Made by a program: the position numbers and the translations under genes. The notes beneath the pieces are model-generated. The model did no database searches, was not told where the DNA came from, and worked only from the letters and a program-made list of their open reading frames with translations. Below are positions 1-8,914 of a stretch of DNA of 64,000 nt, one piece after another. The stretch covers positions 248,001 to 312,000 of IMG/VR virus record IMGVR_UViG_3300032236_002285; one strand, 5' to 3'. Each line of letters starts with the position of its first letter. Within the stretch, counting starts at the first letter, position 1.

Positions 1-122
1 GTATCTATAGATGAAAGTGATGATTCTAAGAAATATTCATATCATGTTAAAAGAGGATTTTTAAGAACTGATAAATGTTATATTAAGATAGCCCCTATAA
101 GAATAGAAATTCAATTAGCATA

Positions 123-647
123 ATGAAACATATAAAGACATATAAACTATTTGAAAGTATTGATACTGATAAAATTTATAATAACATAGATACTTCTGAT
201 AATGATGTTTATTATCAAATACCATTCCAATGGTTTTATGACGGTAAAGAATTTGGTGATGACTTTAAGTTATTTCTTGGTGAAAGATTTATTTATGATT
301 ACATAAAAGATGAAGAAATAACAAAAGAATTAGAATCTGATTTAAGTAATGTTGATTTAAGTAAAGGGTGGGAATCTGATACATTTCATTCTGGTGATAA
401 TAAAGATAACATACACACTAAAAGGATTGCTAAATTAGTTCAGTCATTACAAAATAATGAGCCACTAAGACCTATATCTTTTTGGGTATCAGAAAATAGT
501 TATATGCATGATTGTTATAATTTCATAGAAGATGGAAATCATAGGTTAAGAGCTTTACAGTATTTAGGTTATGATTATTTCCCAGCTTATGTTTATGGTT
601 CTCATGAGAAGTTTATTTTAGAAGAATTAAAAAAATTAAATAGTTAA
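123..647 (+). CDS. ParB/Srx-like N-terminal domain protein with capsid-targeting-like N-terminus
   Basis: IEDGNHRLRAL motif typical of the ParB/sulfiredoxin fold; begins MKHIKTYKLFES. Confidence 0.55.
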   Translation: MKHIKTYKLFESIDTDKIYNNIDTSDNDVYYQIPFQWFYDGKEFGDDFKLFLGERFIYDYIKDEEITKELESDLSNVDLSKGWESDTFHSGDNKDNIHTKRIAKLVQSLQNNEPLRPISFWVSENSYMHDCYNFIEDGNHRLRALQYLGYDYFPAYVYGSHEKFILEELKKLNS

Positions 648-658
648 TATATACTATA

Positions 659-1132
659 ATGAAACATCTAAAGACATACAAGATATTTGAAAATATTGAT
701 ACGATAATAAATGATCTTAAAGATATCTTATTAGAGTTACAAGATAAGAACTTTAACATACGAATTGCGAGTATTGAACATCATGCTGGTGAAAATGCCT
801 TAGATATAACTATATCTAAAGATGGTGGTAATTTTGATTTCTGGACAGAAAGTAATATAGGTGAACTCACACCTTTCAATTTTATTGAGGTTAAAGAGGA
901 TCTAATAAGATTATTAGAATATGCTAATAGTGAAGGATGGTATGACTTTAACTTTGAAATTATTACACCATCAAACACATTAAATGGTAGTAAAAAATTT
1001 AATGATGGTACATACCAAGCTTCGGTGGAAGTTAAAGGTGATGAGATTGTAACTAATTACAGTTGGAATCAAGGTGAACCAATTAAAGATGATGAAAAGA
1101 TCCTTTGTGTTTATATTGGATTGTTGAAATAA
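659..1132 (+). CDS. hypothetical protein, MKHLKTYKIFE family (putative head-internal protein)
   Basis: N-terminal tag plus DLKDILLELQD, shared with the next ORF; TAATATATA at 645-653. Confidence 0.6.
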   Translation: MKHLKTYKIFENIDTIINDLKDILLELQDKNFNIRIASIEHHAGENALDITISKDGGNFDFWTESNIGELTPFNFIEVKEDLIRLLEYANSEGWYDFNFEIITPSNTLNGSKKFNDGTYQASVEVKGDEIVTNYSWNQGEPIKDDEKILCVYIGLLK

Positions 1133-1143
1133 TATATACTCTA

Positions 1144-1536
1144 ATGAAACATCTAAAATCATATAAAGTATTTGAGTCAACTGAGACAGAGCAAGACTTA
1201 AAAGATATCCTACTTGAGCTACAAGATGAAGGATATAAAGTTATACATAATGATGATGTTATGTTAGGGGTTACTGGTGAACCAGGAAATATTAAAGCTA
1301 TCTGGGTAAGAGATGTTAATAATCCAAGTTATAGTGAAGGTAAAGATTGGGAAGAGTTAAGAGATTACGCTTTAAGAATTAAAGATTACTTAGGTGATAA
1401 GTATTTGAGCTTTGCTTGGAGACCTATTCTTTTAGGAAGTCAAGGTAAAGAAAATCCTTATCATACTGTTAAGTTAAATGAAGATACCCAAATAGATGAA
1501 AAAATATACTCATTCGTAATAAAATACAAAGAATAA
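1144..1536 (+). CDS. hypothetical protein, MKHLKSYKVFE family (paralog of 659..1132)
   Basis: Start moved from 1105 to ATG 1144, 5 nt after TAATATATA (1130-1138); shares DLKDILLELQD. Confidence 0.65.
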   Translation: MKHLKSYKVFESTETEQDLKDILLELQDEGYKVIHNDDVMLGVTGEPGNIKAIWVRDVNNPSYSEGKDWEELRDYALRIKDYLGDKYLSFAWRPILLGSQGKENPYHTVKLNEDTQIDEKIYSFVIKYKE

Positions 1537-1566
1537 AAAAGCCCTCTTAATGAGGGCTTTCTTTTT
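1535..1566. terminator. bidirectional intrinsic terminator
   Basis: AAAGCCCTC-ttaat-GAGGGCTTT flanked by A/T runs, between convergent genes. Confidence 0.8.
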
Positions 1567-4501
1567 ATCTTAATAAAGTGATATTACCTTTCTTATAGAA
1601 TCTCTTACCTTTATATGAATAAGCTTCTGCTTCATAAACATAAACACCAATCGGACAAGGCTCACCTTTAAATCTACCATCCCAGCCTTCATCTATATTC
1701 TTTGTTTCAAATACCATCTGACCCCATCTATTGAATATTCTAAAATGATCCAATGTAGCAATACCATGATGTTGTACTTTAATTATATCATTAGGTGAAG
1801 AACCCGGTGAAAAAGCATTAGCCACATCAATATAAGAATCATCTTCTACAATCACAACAACTGTATCAGTTACTTCACAACCATATTCTGTTTTAGCATT
1901 GACAGTATAAATAATACTAGATTGTACTGAAGTAATAGGTGATGATATACAAGGATTACTTAAACCATTAAGCGGAAACCAATTAAAGTATAAACAATTA
2001 CCACCTGGTGTAAATTGATATGATTCACCTGGATATAATCTAATCGTATCTGGTAGATTAATACTTGCTAAGTTTTTAATCTCTACATTTACAAGAGTAG
2101 AATCTATACAACCTGTTACTTCTTGTGCCACGACTAAATAAGTAAAATTACCTGGAGGCCATACTGTTGGCTCTTGAGCCGTATCACTACTAATATATAA
2201 ATTAGGGTACCAATGAATCCAAGTTAAAGGAGCGGCAAAAGTACTTAATAACTTAGTAGAATCTCCAGGACACAATGGTTTTATTCCTAAAGGTTGGAAA
2301 AAATTACTTGCAATTACCGTATAAGTCGCATCATCACTTCCATTACATCCGATTGGTGTTGTTACCGTTAAGTTAACATTTTGACTCAATACACTATTAA
2401 AGATTGGATTCGCTATTGATGGGTTATTAAACGCACCTGAAGGTGTCCAAGTGTAAGTGTAAAAAGGATATGTTCCTGGTGTTATTATTGGATCACATTG
2501 AATTGTATCACCATTACATATTGTTCTGTCCGCCCCAATAAACACAGTTGGATTTGGTTGAACATCAATATAGATTGTCTTAATTGAATCTTTACATCCT
2601 GTCTTGGTTGCTTTGATTGTATATAACCTTGAGGTGTCAGGTGTAATCGTTGGTGACATTATGTTTGGATTACTCACAAATAAATTAGGTGTCCATTTAT
2701 AAGTATAACGATTATCACCAGTTACATTTATGTTAACCGTATTACCCTTACAAATCGCAGTATCTTTATTGTTTAGTTTGAACCCTTGTAATACTTTTAT
2801 TTTCAATGTATCATAACGAGCACATTGATTTAATCCATTTGGAGTTATCTTAACAATATAAGTCGTATCTTTTGTAGGAGTACAAATTGGATTATTAATA
2901 GTATCCTTATTCAAAAAAGTTGAAGGAAACCATTTAACACTAAAAATTGTGTTAGCACTTGGAATTAAATTAGTATTCAATAATAACGAGTTATTGATAC
3001 AAGTTACAGTATCTGGTCCCAAATTGAATATCGGTATTGGTGATACTGTTACGGTAGTCGTATCTTTGTATTTATCACAAACACCCATCAAATTACTTGT
3101 AACCACATATTGAGTTGTTACAGTTGGATTAGCAAATGGAGCAGGACAATTAGTACAAGTTAATGAAGTCACAGGCGAACCACCAGGTAAAACTGACCAA
3201 GTGAATTGGGTACCACCAGCAACTTGCAACATAGCATAATCACCAATACATATTATTGGATATGTGGTGATATGAGTTTGTTGCCAAATATAAATTGGTA
3301 CAATAAATGTTTGTGATACAGGAATACCAGGAGGTGTACAAGTAGAATCTTTAATAGTAAATGTTAATATCCTTAAACCTGTATCAATTAATGAAGGAGA
3401 CCAATTAAAACAAGTTCTAACTGAATCTGTAAATGGATGAGTTGTAGTAAGTGTTGAACCAGGAGTGGTAATGCTATTATTAGATGATACAACTAATATA
3501 GCATTTGAATTAGTTGATTTGGCATCAAAACAAAATGATATTGTATGACCACCACATCCTTCTATTCTACCATTGTTCCAAGTACCACCTACAATAGATA
3601 CTGTATCTAAATTCAAGGTTGGTGGAGGGATGGTACAAGCTTTAACAATAATTTGTATATCTCTCATCACAGAACCTATTAACACACCATTTCTCCATTC
3701 TTTTACAAAAACAGTAACAACTGCAACTTGTTGAATGTTAGGTGTAAATGATATCTGTCCTGTTGTTGGACTAATAGTAAATGTATTGTTTGTACTTAAT
3801 GGGTTATTAGTTAAGTTATAGGTTACGGGTGGTGAAGTTGTGTTTGTAAATCCTATGTCTGAACCCGCAATAACATTACAACCGGCTGAACTTGTTTTTG
3901 GTTGAATTATAGAAAATGACATTGAATCGTTATTAGGGTCAACAGCGCCATTATTATAGTTGTATGGCATATTAACACAAAGATAAGGTACTGGTTTTAC
4001 GGTAAAATAAGGTGATGAATTACCTTGAGCATATTGATTGTTAAGCATTGCTTCAACATACATATTCTGAGTACCAGGTTGATATAAATTAGTAATGGCA
4101 TTATTTCTAGCACCTTCAGAAATATAAAATTTCCATGAATTACATCTTGAAGGCAGTGTGATTGTGTTTTCATATATCCACTCTCTATAACCAGGGAAGG
4201 TACCACCGTTACAAGTACTTGGGTAACCAGGACAACCGGTACTTACTTCTTGTCCATTGGTTGGACTTGTAATTTTACTGAGTGTTATGTTAGTACACCA
4301 ATTAGTACAAGGATTAAAACAATAACATAAAACATCACTGGGTTCTGGAATACCAGTACAATCTCTATAAAATTTGAATGTAATTTTATATGTTGAATCT
4401 GATATCCAACTATAAAGTAGTTCACCGCCAGCGCAGTGAGATGCTTTGCTCACGTTAGCAAAGGAAAGTAGCATAATTAATGCTAAGAGTAATCGTTTCA
4501 T
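1565..4501 (-). CDS. secreted T9SS type-B cargo (gliding motility-associated C-terminal domain, Ig/PKD-like repeats)
   Basis: Sec signal peptide; SHCAGGELLY..FYRDC N-terminus; C-terminal NAFSP..IFNRWGQMVF..GWDGRFKG..GVYVY..GNITLLR (CHU_C / type-B CTD). Confidence 0.85.
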   Translation of the reverse strand: MKRLLLALIMLLSFANVSKASHCAGGELLYSWISDSTYKITFKFYRDCTGIPEPSDVLCYCFNPCTNWCTNITLSKITSPTNGQEVSTGCPGYPSTCNGGTFPGYREWIYENTITLPSRCNSWKFYISEGARNNAITNLYQPGTQNMYVEAMLNNQYAQGNSSPYFTVKPVPYLCVNMPYNYNNGAVDPNNDSMSFSIIQPKTSSAGCNVIAGSDIGFTNTTSPPVTYNLTNNPLSTNNTFTISPTTGQISFTPNIQQVAVVTVFVKEWRNGVLIGSVMRDIQIIVKACTIPPPTLNLDTVSIVGGTWNNGRIEGCGGHTISFCFDAKSTNSNAILVVSSNNSITTPGSTLTTTHPFTDSVRTCFNWSPSLIDTGLRILTFTIKDSTCTPPGIPVSQTFIVPIYIWQQTHITTYPIICIGDYAMLQVAGGTQFTWSVLPGGSPVTSLTCTNCPAPFANPTVTTQYVVTSNLMGVCDKYKDTTTVTVSPIPIFNLGPDTVTCINNSLLLNTNLIPSANTIFSVKWFPSTFLNKDTINNPICTPTKDTTYIVKITPNGLNQCARYDTLKIKVLQGFKLNNKDTAICKGNTVNINVTGDNRYTYKWTPNLFVSNPNIMSPTITPDTSRLYTIKATKTGCKDSIKTIYIDVQPNPTVFIGADRTICNGDTIQCDPIITPGTYPFYTYTWTPSGAFNNPSIANPIFNSVLSQNVNLTVTTPIGCNGSDDATYTVIASNFFQPLGIKPLCPGDSTKLLSTFAAPLTWIHWYPNLYISSDTAQEPTVWPPGNFTYLVVAQEVTGCIDSTLVNVEIKNLASINLPDTIRLYPGESYQFTPGGNCLYFNWFPLNGLSNPCISSPITSVQSSIIYTVNAKTEYGCEVTDTVVVIVEDDSYIDVANAFSPGSSPNDIIKVQHHGIATLDHFRIFNRWGQMVFETKNIDEGWDGRFKGEPCPIGVYVYEAEAYSYKGKRFYKKGNITLLR

Positions 4502-4577
4502 ATTTAAGGTTTTACATAAAGTTATGACACTACCATGACAATTCCAAAAATTATTTTTTTATTTAATATATACTTTA

Positions 4578-4979
4578 ATGAAACACTTAAAGAAATATAA
4601 TGAATCTGATCAAGAATTCACATTCATAGACATTATTGATATCCTACAAGATATCATTGATGAAGGTCATGATATTGTTATTTATTCAGCTACAGGTAAT
4701 TATTATACACCTGAAGATATTAATAAAAGAGGTGTAGAAACTGAATTCAGGTTTCAGAGATATGCTAATGAAAATAAAAAGTCATTTAAGATTCAAATCA
4801 ACTTCAAGATGAGTTTAGAGTATAGTTATCTTGTTGATTTCTTTGATGAGATGAAAGTACCTATCGCCAGATTTGAAGATACTGGATTTTATCTAAGCCA
4901 TATGGAACCAAAAGTAACTGACGAATCGGATCTCTATCGTTGTTATGGGGTTTACTACAATTTTGAATCAGATAATTAA
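4578..4979 (+). CDS. hypothetical protein, MKHLKKYNES family
   Basis: N-terminal tag; TAATATATA at 4564-4572. Confidence 0.6.
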   Translation: MKHLKKYNESDQEFTFIDIIDILQDIIDEGHDIVIYSATGNYYTPEDINKRGVETEFRFQRYANENKKSFKIQINFKMSLEYSYLVDFFDEMKVPIARFEDTGFYLSHMEPKVTDESDLYRCYGVYYNFESDN

Positions 4980-4983
4980 TAAG

Positions 4984-5577
4984 CTATAATCCAGATTTTT
5001 CTAAACAATCCTTTAAGAAAACCTTTGCTTCTTCTGGTGTTAAATCATTAGCATCTTTTCCACTTGGTACGGTATAAGCAAAATCACCAGCTTTAATTAG
5101 TCTTCTACCAGCCGCATCATTATCATAAATAACAATCTTCTTTTGTATTAAAGTTTTTAACCAAGATTTTAGTGAATCACTTGGGTTATTACAAAGAACA
5201 GCTATAGCCGGATAACCAGCTTCTTGAATTCTAGCCGCATCAAATATACCTTCAGTTATAAATACAAACTCATCACTCATAACATCTAAAGATTCTAATC
5301 CCCAAACAGCAATCTTTTTACCTTTACCTTCATCAGAAACCCAAGTGAAATATTTAGCCATTCTTGGATCTTCTAAATTGGATTGACCTGTTTTTTGATA
5401 ATCAGGATTGTATTTTTGATAACCCACCATTTGACCAGACAGGTTGTAAAGAAAGAAATAAGAATCTCCAGTATCTTCATCCATAATGACTCTAGTCTTC
5501 GTAGGATCAACGCCACGACCTTTTAGATGGTCTGTTAGACTACCTTCAAATTCTTCATATAGTTTTAAATATCTCAT
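4984..5577 (-). CDS. Toprim-domain (DnaG primase core-like) protein with N-terminal tag
   Basis: VFITEGIFDA and IYDNDAAG Toprim motifs; begins MRYLKLYEEFE; late motif at 5582-5590. Confidence 0.7.
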   Translation of the reverse strand: MRYLKLYEEFEGSLTDHLKGRGVDPTKTRVIMDEDTGDSYFFLYNLSGQMVGYQKYNPDYQKTGQSNLEDPRMAKYFTWVSDEGKGKKIAVWGLESLDVMSDEFVFITEGIFDAARIQEAGYPAIAVLCNNPSDSLKSWLKTLIQKKIVIYDNDAAGRRLIKAGDFAYTVPSGKDANDLTPEEAKVFLKDCLEKSGL

Positions 5578-5654
5578 AGTGTATATATTAATTTTAAATT
5601 AATACAAACTGGATGTATATACATTTATATATACTAAAAATATAATCTTACGAT

Positions 5655-5849
5655 ATGGCAGCACCTAAAGACAAAATGTTCTCACTACGAATTCCTGAAA
5701 AACTCTTAAATGAATATAGAGAGTTTTGTGAAGAAAATTCTATTAACATTTCTATGAGATTAAGAAAATTTATTGAAAGAGACCTTGAGGGTTATAGGGC
5801 TAAAAAGCTTCAACAACAAATACAAAGAAAAAATAATAATCAATCTTAA
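5655..5849 (+). CDS. ribbon-helix-helix (CopG/Arc-like) DNA-binding protein
   Basis: MFSLRIPEKLLNEYREFCEENSINISMRLRKFIE beta-helix-helix pattern. Confidence 0.6.
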   Translation: MAAPKDKMFSLRIPEKLLNEYREFCEENSINISMRLRKFIERDLEGYRAKKLQQQIQRKNNNQS

Positions 5850-5859
5850 TATATAGATT

Positions 5860-6903
5860 ATGAGATATATTAAAACATACGAGTCATATAAAACTAACAA
5901 ACTTCTTCAAGAAGATTTTGACAGAAAGATAACTATTCTACATAATGTAGAATTAGATGGTACAGATGAAGAACTTTTTAGAAGAATTTTTGACAAAGTT
6001 GTTGAATCTATCAAAGATGAATCTATTAAACAAGAAATCAAGAATTATGTTTCTGAAAATCAATTACTAAATGAAGGATTTTTTGATAAATTAAAAGAAA
6101 GATTTCCTAAAGCGGCTCAAGTTTCTAAATCACTTTCGGATAAAGCTGAAGGTATTTTAAGTAATATCTTACAAAAGGTTAAAGATGCTGTTTCTTTTGT
6201 TAAAAAGATTACTGAAGGTATATCAGAGTTTTTCAAAATGGCTATTGAAAAAGGTAAAGCTTTTTATATTGAGCAATTGAAAACTGGTCAGTTAAAATCA
6301 AAAGTAGATGAATTAGTTAAAACTAAAAAAGAAGGTCTGAAGACTGATTTATTTACAATTGAAAGTGTTCTTAATTTTTATAGAGTAGATTTTATGGGTA
6401 AGATTAATAATACTATTACAACCAATCTTACTAACTTCTTAAATAAAGAACAAACTCCAATTGCAGAATCTATGTTAAATGAAGGTGGTAATGTTATTTC
6501 TACTTTAGTTCATGGTATTGAAGCTATTCCACCATTCTCTTGGTTGGAAGCCCTTGCTAAATCTGGTGAAAAGGGTGCTGCCGCAGTTATTGCTGCTTTA
6601 AGCTCTTTAACTCAAAAATTAGGTGGTCATGCTTTTCAACTTCCAGTTGTTGCTATTTTAATTGGTTTACTTATAGAACAAATCATTAAAGGCCAAGCAG
6701 GTCACTGGTTATTAGAATTAGCTGGTCCTACTCCACTAGGAATGGCAATTAAAGGTATTAAAATGACAGCTTCTATAATAGCACTTATTGTTGCCATTGA
6801 TTCTGTTGTTGGTGGTCAATTGGGTATTGTTAATAATCATCACGATGACCACACCGAACACGGTGAACATGCAGAAACTGAGACTACTGAAAACACAGCA
6901 TAA
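5860..6903 (+). CDS. putative head-internal/ejection protein with hydrophobic C-terminal helices
   Basis: MRYIKTYES tag, repeated LLxE/LNE sites, hydrophobic C-terminal third, late motif at 5847-5855. Confidence 0.5.
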   Translation: MRYIKTYESYKTNKLLQEDFDRKITILHNVELDGTDEELFRRIFDKVVESIKDESIKQEIKNYVSENQLLNEGFFDKLKERFPKAAQVSKSLSDKAEGILSNILQKVKDAVSFVKKITEGISEFFKMAIEKGKAFYIEQLKTGQLKSKVDELVKTKKEGLKTDLFTIESVLNFYRVDFMGKINNTITTNLTNFLNKEQTPIAESMLNEGGNVISTLVHGIEAIPPFSWLEALAKSGEKGAAAVIAALSSLTQKLGGHAFQLPVVAILIGLLIEQIIKGQAGHWLLELAGPTPLGMAIKGIKMTASIIALIVAIDSVVGGQLGIVNNHHDDHTEHGEHAETETTENTA

Positions 6904-6905
6904 AT

Positions 6906-6937
6906 AAAAAGAGGAAGTTAAAAACTTCCTCTTTTTT
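6906..6937. terminator. bidirectional intrinsic terminator
   Basis: AAAAAGAGGAAGT-taaaa-ACTTCCTCTTTTT. Confidence 0.8.
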
Positions 6938-7271
6938 ATCTTATTAAAGTAACATAACCTTTTTGAGCCATCATAGTTCCATCACAATCATATGTGATAT
7001 ACCAGTTATAAATTCCTAAATCTTGAACAACTCCATTAAAAGTTCCATCCCATCTTTTATCATTTAATTGAGATTCAAAAACGGTTTGACCCCATTTATT
7101 TTTAATTATAAAATTTAATATTTTATAATGATTACCAATTGGTCCAAAGGAATCGTTTTTACCATCATTATTTGGTGTAAAAGCGGATGGTAATGATAAA
7201 ACACAAGATTGAGATCTACCTAAATTAATAACACCTATTAAAAGCGCTATCATAAGCAATGTTTTTTTCAT
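6936..7271 (-). CDS. stand-alone T9SS type-B C-terminal domain with signal peptide
   Basis: Signal peptide followed directly by LPSAFTPNNDGKNDSF..NKWGQTVF..WDGTFNG..GIYNW..GYVTLIR. Confidence 0.85.
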   Translation of the reverse strand: MKKTLLMIALLIGVINLGRSQSCVLSLPSAFTPNNDGKNDSFGPIGNHYKILNFIIKNKWGQTVFESQLNDKRWDGTFNGVVQDLGIYNWYITYDCDGTMMAQKGYVTLIR

Positions 7272-7364
7272 AAATTATAACGTTATTTTCTTTATATATA
7301 ATACTGATAATCAAATGTTTTTATATTTTTTTAAAACAAATTAGGTTATTTAAAATAAACATCC

Positions 7365-7504
7365 TATCTTTGTATAACAAAACGAAAAAATAAATTACAA
7401 ATTAAAAAAAGATTAAAAAAGATTAAAAAAATTAGGTAGAATTAAAACTTTTTCTTAATTTTGTATAAAATAAGTCAAAAGGGACAAAAACTTTTTAATA
7501 TATA
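7365..7504 (+). promoter_or_regulatory. promoter block of tRNA operon 1: two Bacteroidota sigma70-type -7 boxes and a late motif
   Basis: TATCTTTG 7365-7372, TAATTTTG 7456-7463, TAATATATA 7496-7504; 7441-7504 closely matches 23022-23086. Confidence 0.7.
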
Positions 7505-7509
7505 CAACA

Positions 7510-7617
7510 ATGACAACAATGAATTTAAATATGAATATGAATCTAACGGTGGTGCTTAATACATTATGTATTAGACGCTCTGAGGGCTTCGTCATATCTA
7601 AACGATTTGTTGACTAA
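7510..7617 (+). CDS. attenuator leader peptide 1, MTTMNLNMNMNLTVVLNTLCIRRSEGFVISKRFVD
   Basis: ATG 5 nt after the late motif; TAA at 7615-7617; overlaps the antiterminator strand 7579-7591. Confidence 0.7.
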   Translation: MTTMNLNMNMNLTVVLNTLCIRRSEGFVISKRFVD

Positions 7618-7649
7618 ATGTATAACAAATTTTATAAAGGATAAAATCG

Positions 7650-7682
7650 AAACCCTCAGACAAAAAATCTGAGGGTTTTTTT
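7650..7682 (+). terminator. attenuator terminator upstream of tRNA array 1
   Basis: AAACCCTCAGA-caaaaaa-TCTGAGGGTTT plus T-run; 5' arm can instead pair with 7579-7591 (12 of 13 bp). Confidence 0.85.
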
Positions 7683-7697
7683 ATATGTAATAAATTT

Positions 7698-7769
7698 GGG
7701 GTGGTAGCTTAATGGTGAAGCAATCGGCTGTTAACCGATAGATTATAGGTTCGAATCCTATCCACCCCG
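7698..7769 (+). tRNA. tRNA-Asn(GTT)
   Basis: GGGGTGG/CCACCCC acceptor; ATCGG-CTGTTAA-CCGAT; TTCGAAT T-loop. Confidence 0.9.
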
Positions 7770-7780
7770 CAAAAATAAAC

Positions 7781-7865
7781 TGGTAGGTACCCGAGCGGTC
7801 TTCAGGGACTAGTCTGATATACTAGGTGAGAAATCACGACGTGGGTTCAAATCCCACCCTACCAA
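7781..7865 (+). tRNA. tRNA-Ile(GAT) with long variable arm
   Basis: TGGTAGG/CCTACCA; CTAGT-CTGATAT-ACTAG; variable hairpin GTGA-GAAA-TCAC. Confidence 0.8.
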
Positions 7866-7871
7866 CAACAT

Positions 7872-7943
7872 TCACTGGTAGCTCAGAGGCAGAGCAACCG
7901 CCTGTTAAGCGGTAGGTCGGGATATCGTAATTCACCCAGTGAG
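7872..7943 (+). tRNA. tRNA-Asn(GTT), irregular T-arm
   Basis: TCACTGG/CCAGTGA, G73; CCGC-CTGTTAA-GCGG; T-stem poorly paired. Confidence 0.75.
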
Positions 7944-7949
7944 CAAAAC

Positions 7950-8028
7950 GCCTCAGTAGCCGAGGTCGCCTTCTAAGCGACTAATCGTAACGGAACTGAA
8001 AATGTAGGTTCGAATCCTACCTGGGGTA
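7950..8028 (+). tRNA. atypical tRNA-Arg(TCT): D-arm nearly absent, long variable region
   Basis: GCCTCAG/CTGGGGT; GTCGC-CTTCTAA-GCGAC; GTAGG-TTCGAAT-CCTAC. Confidence 0.65.
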
Positions 8029-8083
8029 CAAAAAAAAGGGACACTAGTCTTATTAATATATAAGTAAAATGTAGGTTTGTATT

Positions 8084-8914
8084 ATGTTAGACTTTGAAAA
8101 TATTCAAAAAGACTTTGAAAGTGGTCTTTTTTATCAAAAAGATATACTAATTAAGTATAGTATATCAATTAAAAAATTAAGAACTTTTGTAAAAAAAGGT
8201 TTATTGAATAAAGAAAATTGGAAATTAAAAAAATATGAAGTAAAAAGAGAAACAAAAAAGTTAATATCAGAAGGTAGAAAAAAATGGTTGAAAGAAAATA
8301 CATCTAAACATCCTTGGAGAAATGGAAATAAATCTAAGCCTTGTGAGGAGTTTAAGAAATTCTTAAAAAGTAGGAATATTTTCTTTTTGGAAGAGGTTAT
8401 GATTTCAAAAGAAAGATTCTATTCGGTTGATATTTTAATACCTGAGTTCACTTCGGTTGTAGAAATTAATGGTAATCAACATTATAAATCTAATGGAGAA
8501 CTTAAAGATTACTATAGTGAAAGAAATAGTTTTATAAAAAATAAAGGATGGTCGATATATGAAGTACACTACTCAATTGTTTATAATTTAGAAATGTGTG
8601 ATTCTATTTTAGAAAATATTAAAAATAATAATAAAATCGATATACCATTTTATATAAAAAATAAGAAAGAAAAAAAATATAAGAATAGGGAAGAGTACTG
8701 GAATAAAAGAAAAATTAATAAATTGAATAGTTATAGTGAAAGATTAAATGAATTAAAAAACAGTAGTATAGATTTTAAAAAGATTGGATGGGTTAAACTA
8801 GCATCTGAGATATTAAAAGTTAAAAATGTAAATAAACTATTAAAAGAAATCGATCCAGAATTTTATAAAAATTGTTATAAAAGAAAACAAAATGCCGAGG
8901 TGGTGGAATGGTAG
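8084..8914 (+). CDS. DUF559/Vsr-like PD-(D/E)XK homing endonuclease inserted in tRNA array
   Basis: FYSVDILIP..VVEINGNQHY..RNSFI..GWSIYEVHY; Lys-rich; last 21 nt overlap tRNA-Leu. Confidence 0.7.
   Translation: MLDFENIQKDFESGLFYQKDILIKYSISIKKLRTFVKKGLLNKENWKLKKYEVKRETKKLISEGRKKWLKENTSKHPWRNGNKSKPCEEFKKFLKSRNIFFLEEVMISKERFYSVDILIPEFTSVVEINGNQHYKSNGELKDYYSERNSFIKNKGWSIYEVHYSIVYNLEMCDSILENIKNNNKIDIPFYIKNKKEKKYKNREEYWNKRKINKLNSYSERLNELKNSSIDFKKIGWVKLASEILKVKNVNKLLKEIDPEFYKNCYKRKQNAEVVEW

Noticed and set aside
7390-7435. ATTAAAAAAG-type short tandem repeats (also near 22990-23010)
   Set aside because: Low-complexity A-tracts in promoter regions, at most UP-element-like; not iterons or CRISPR.
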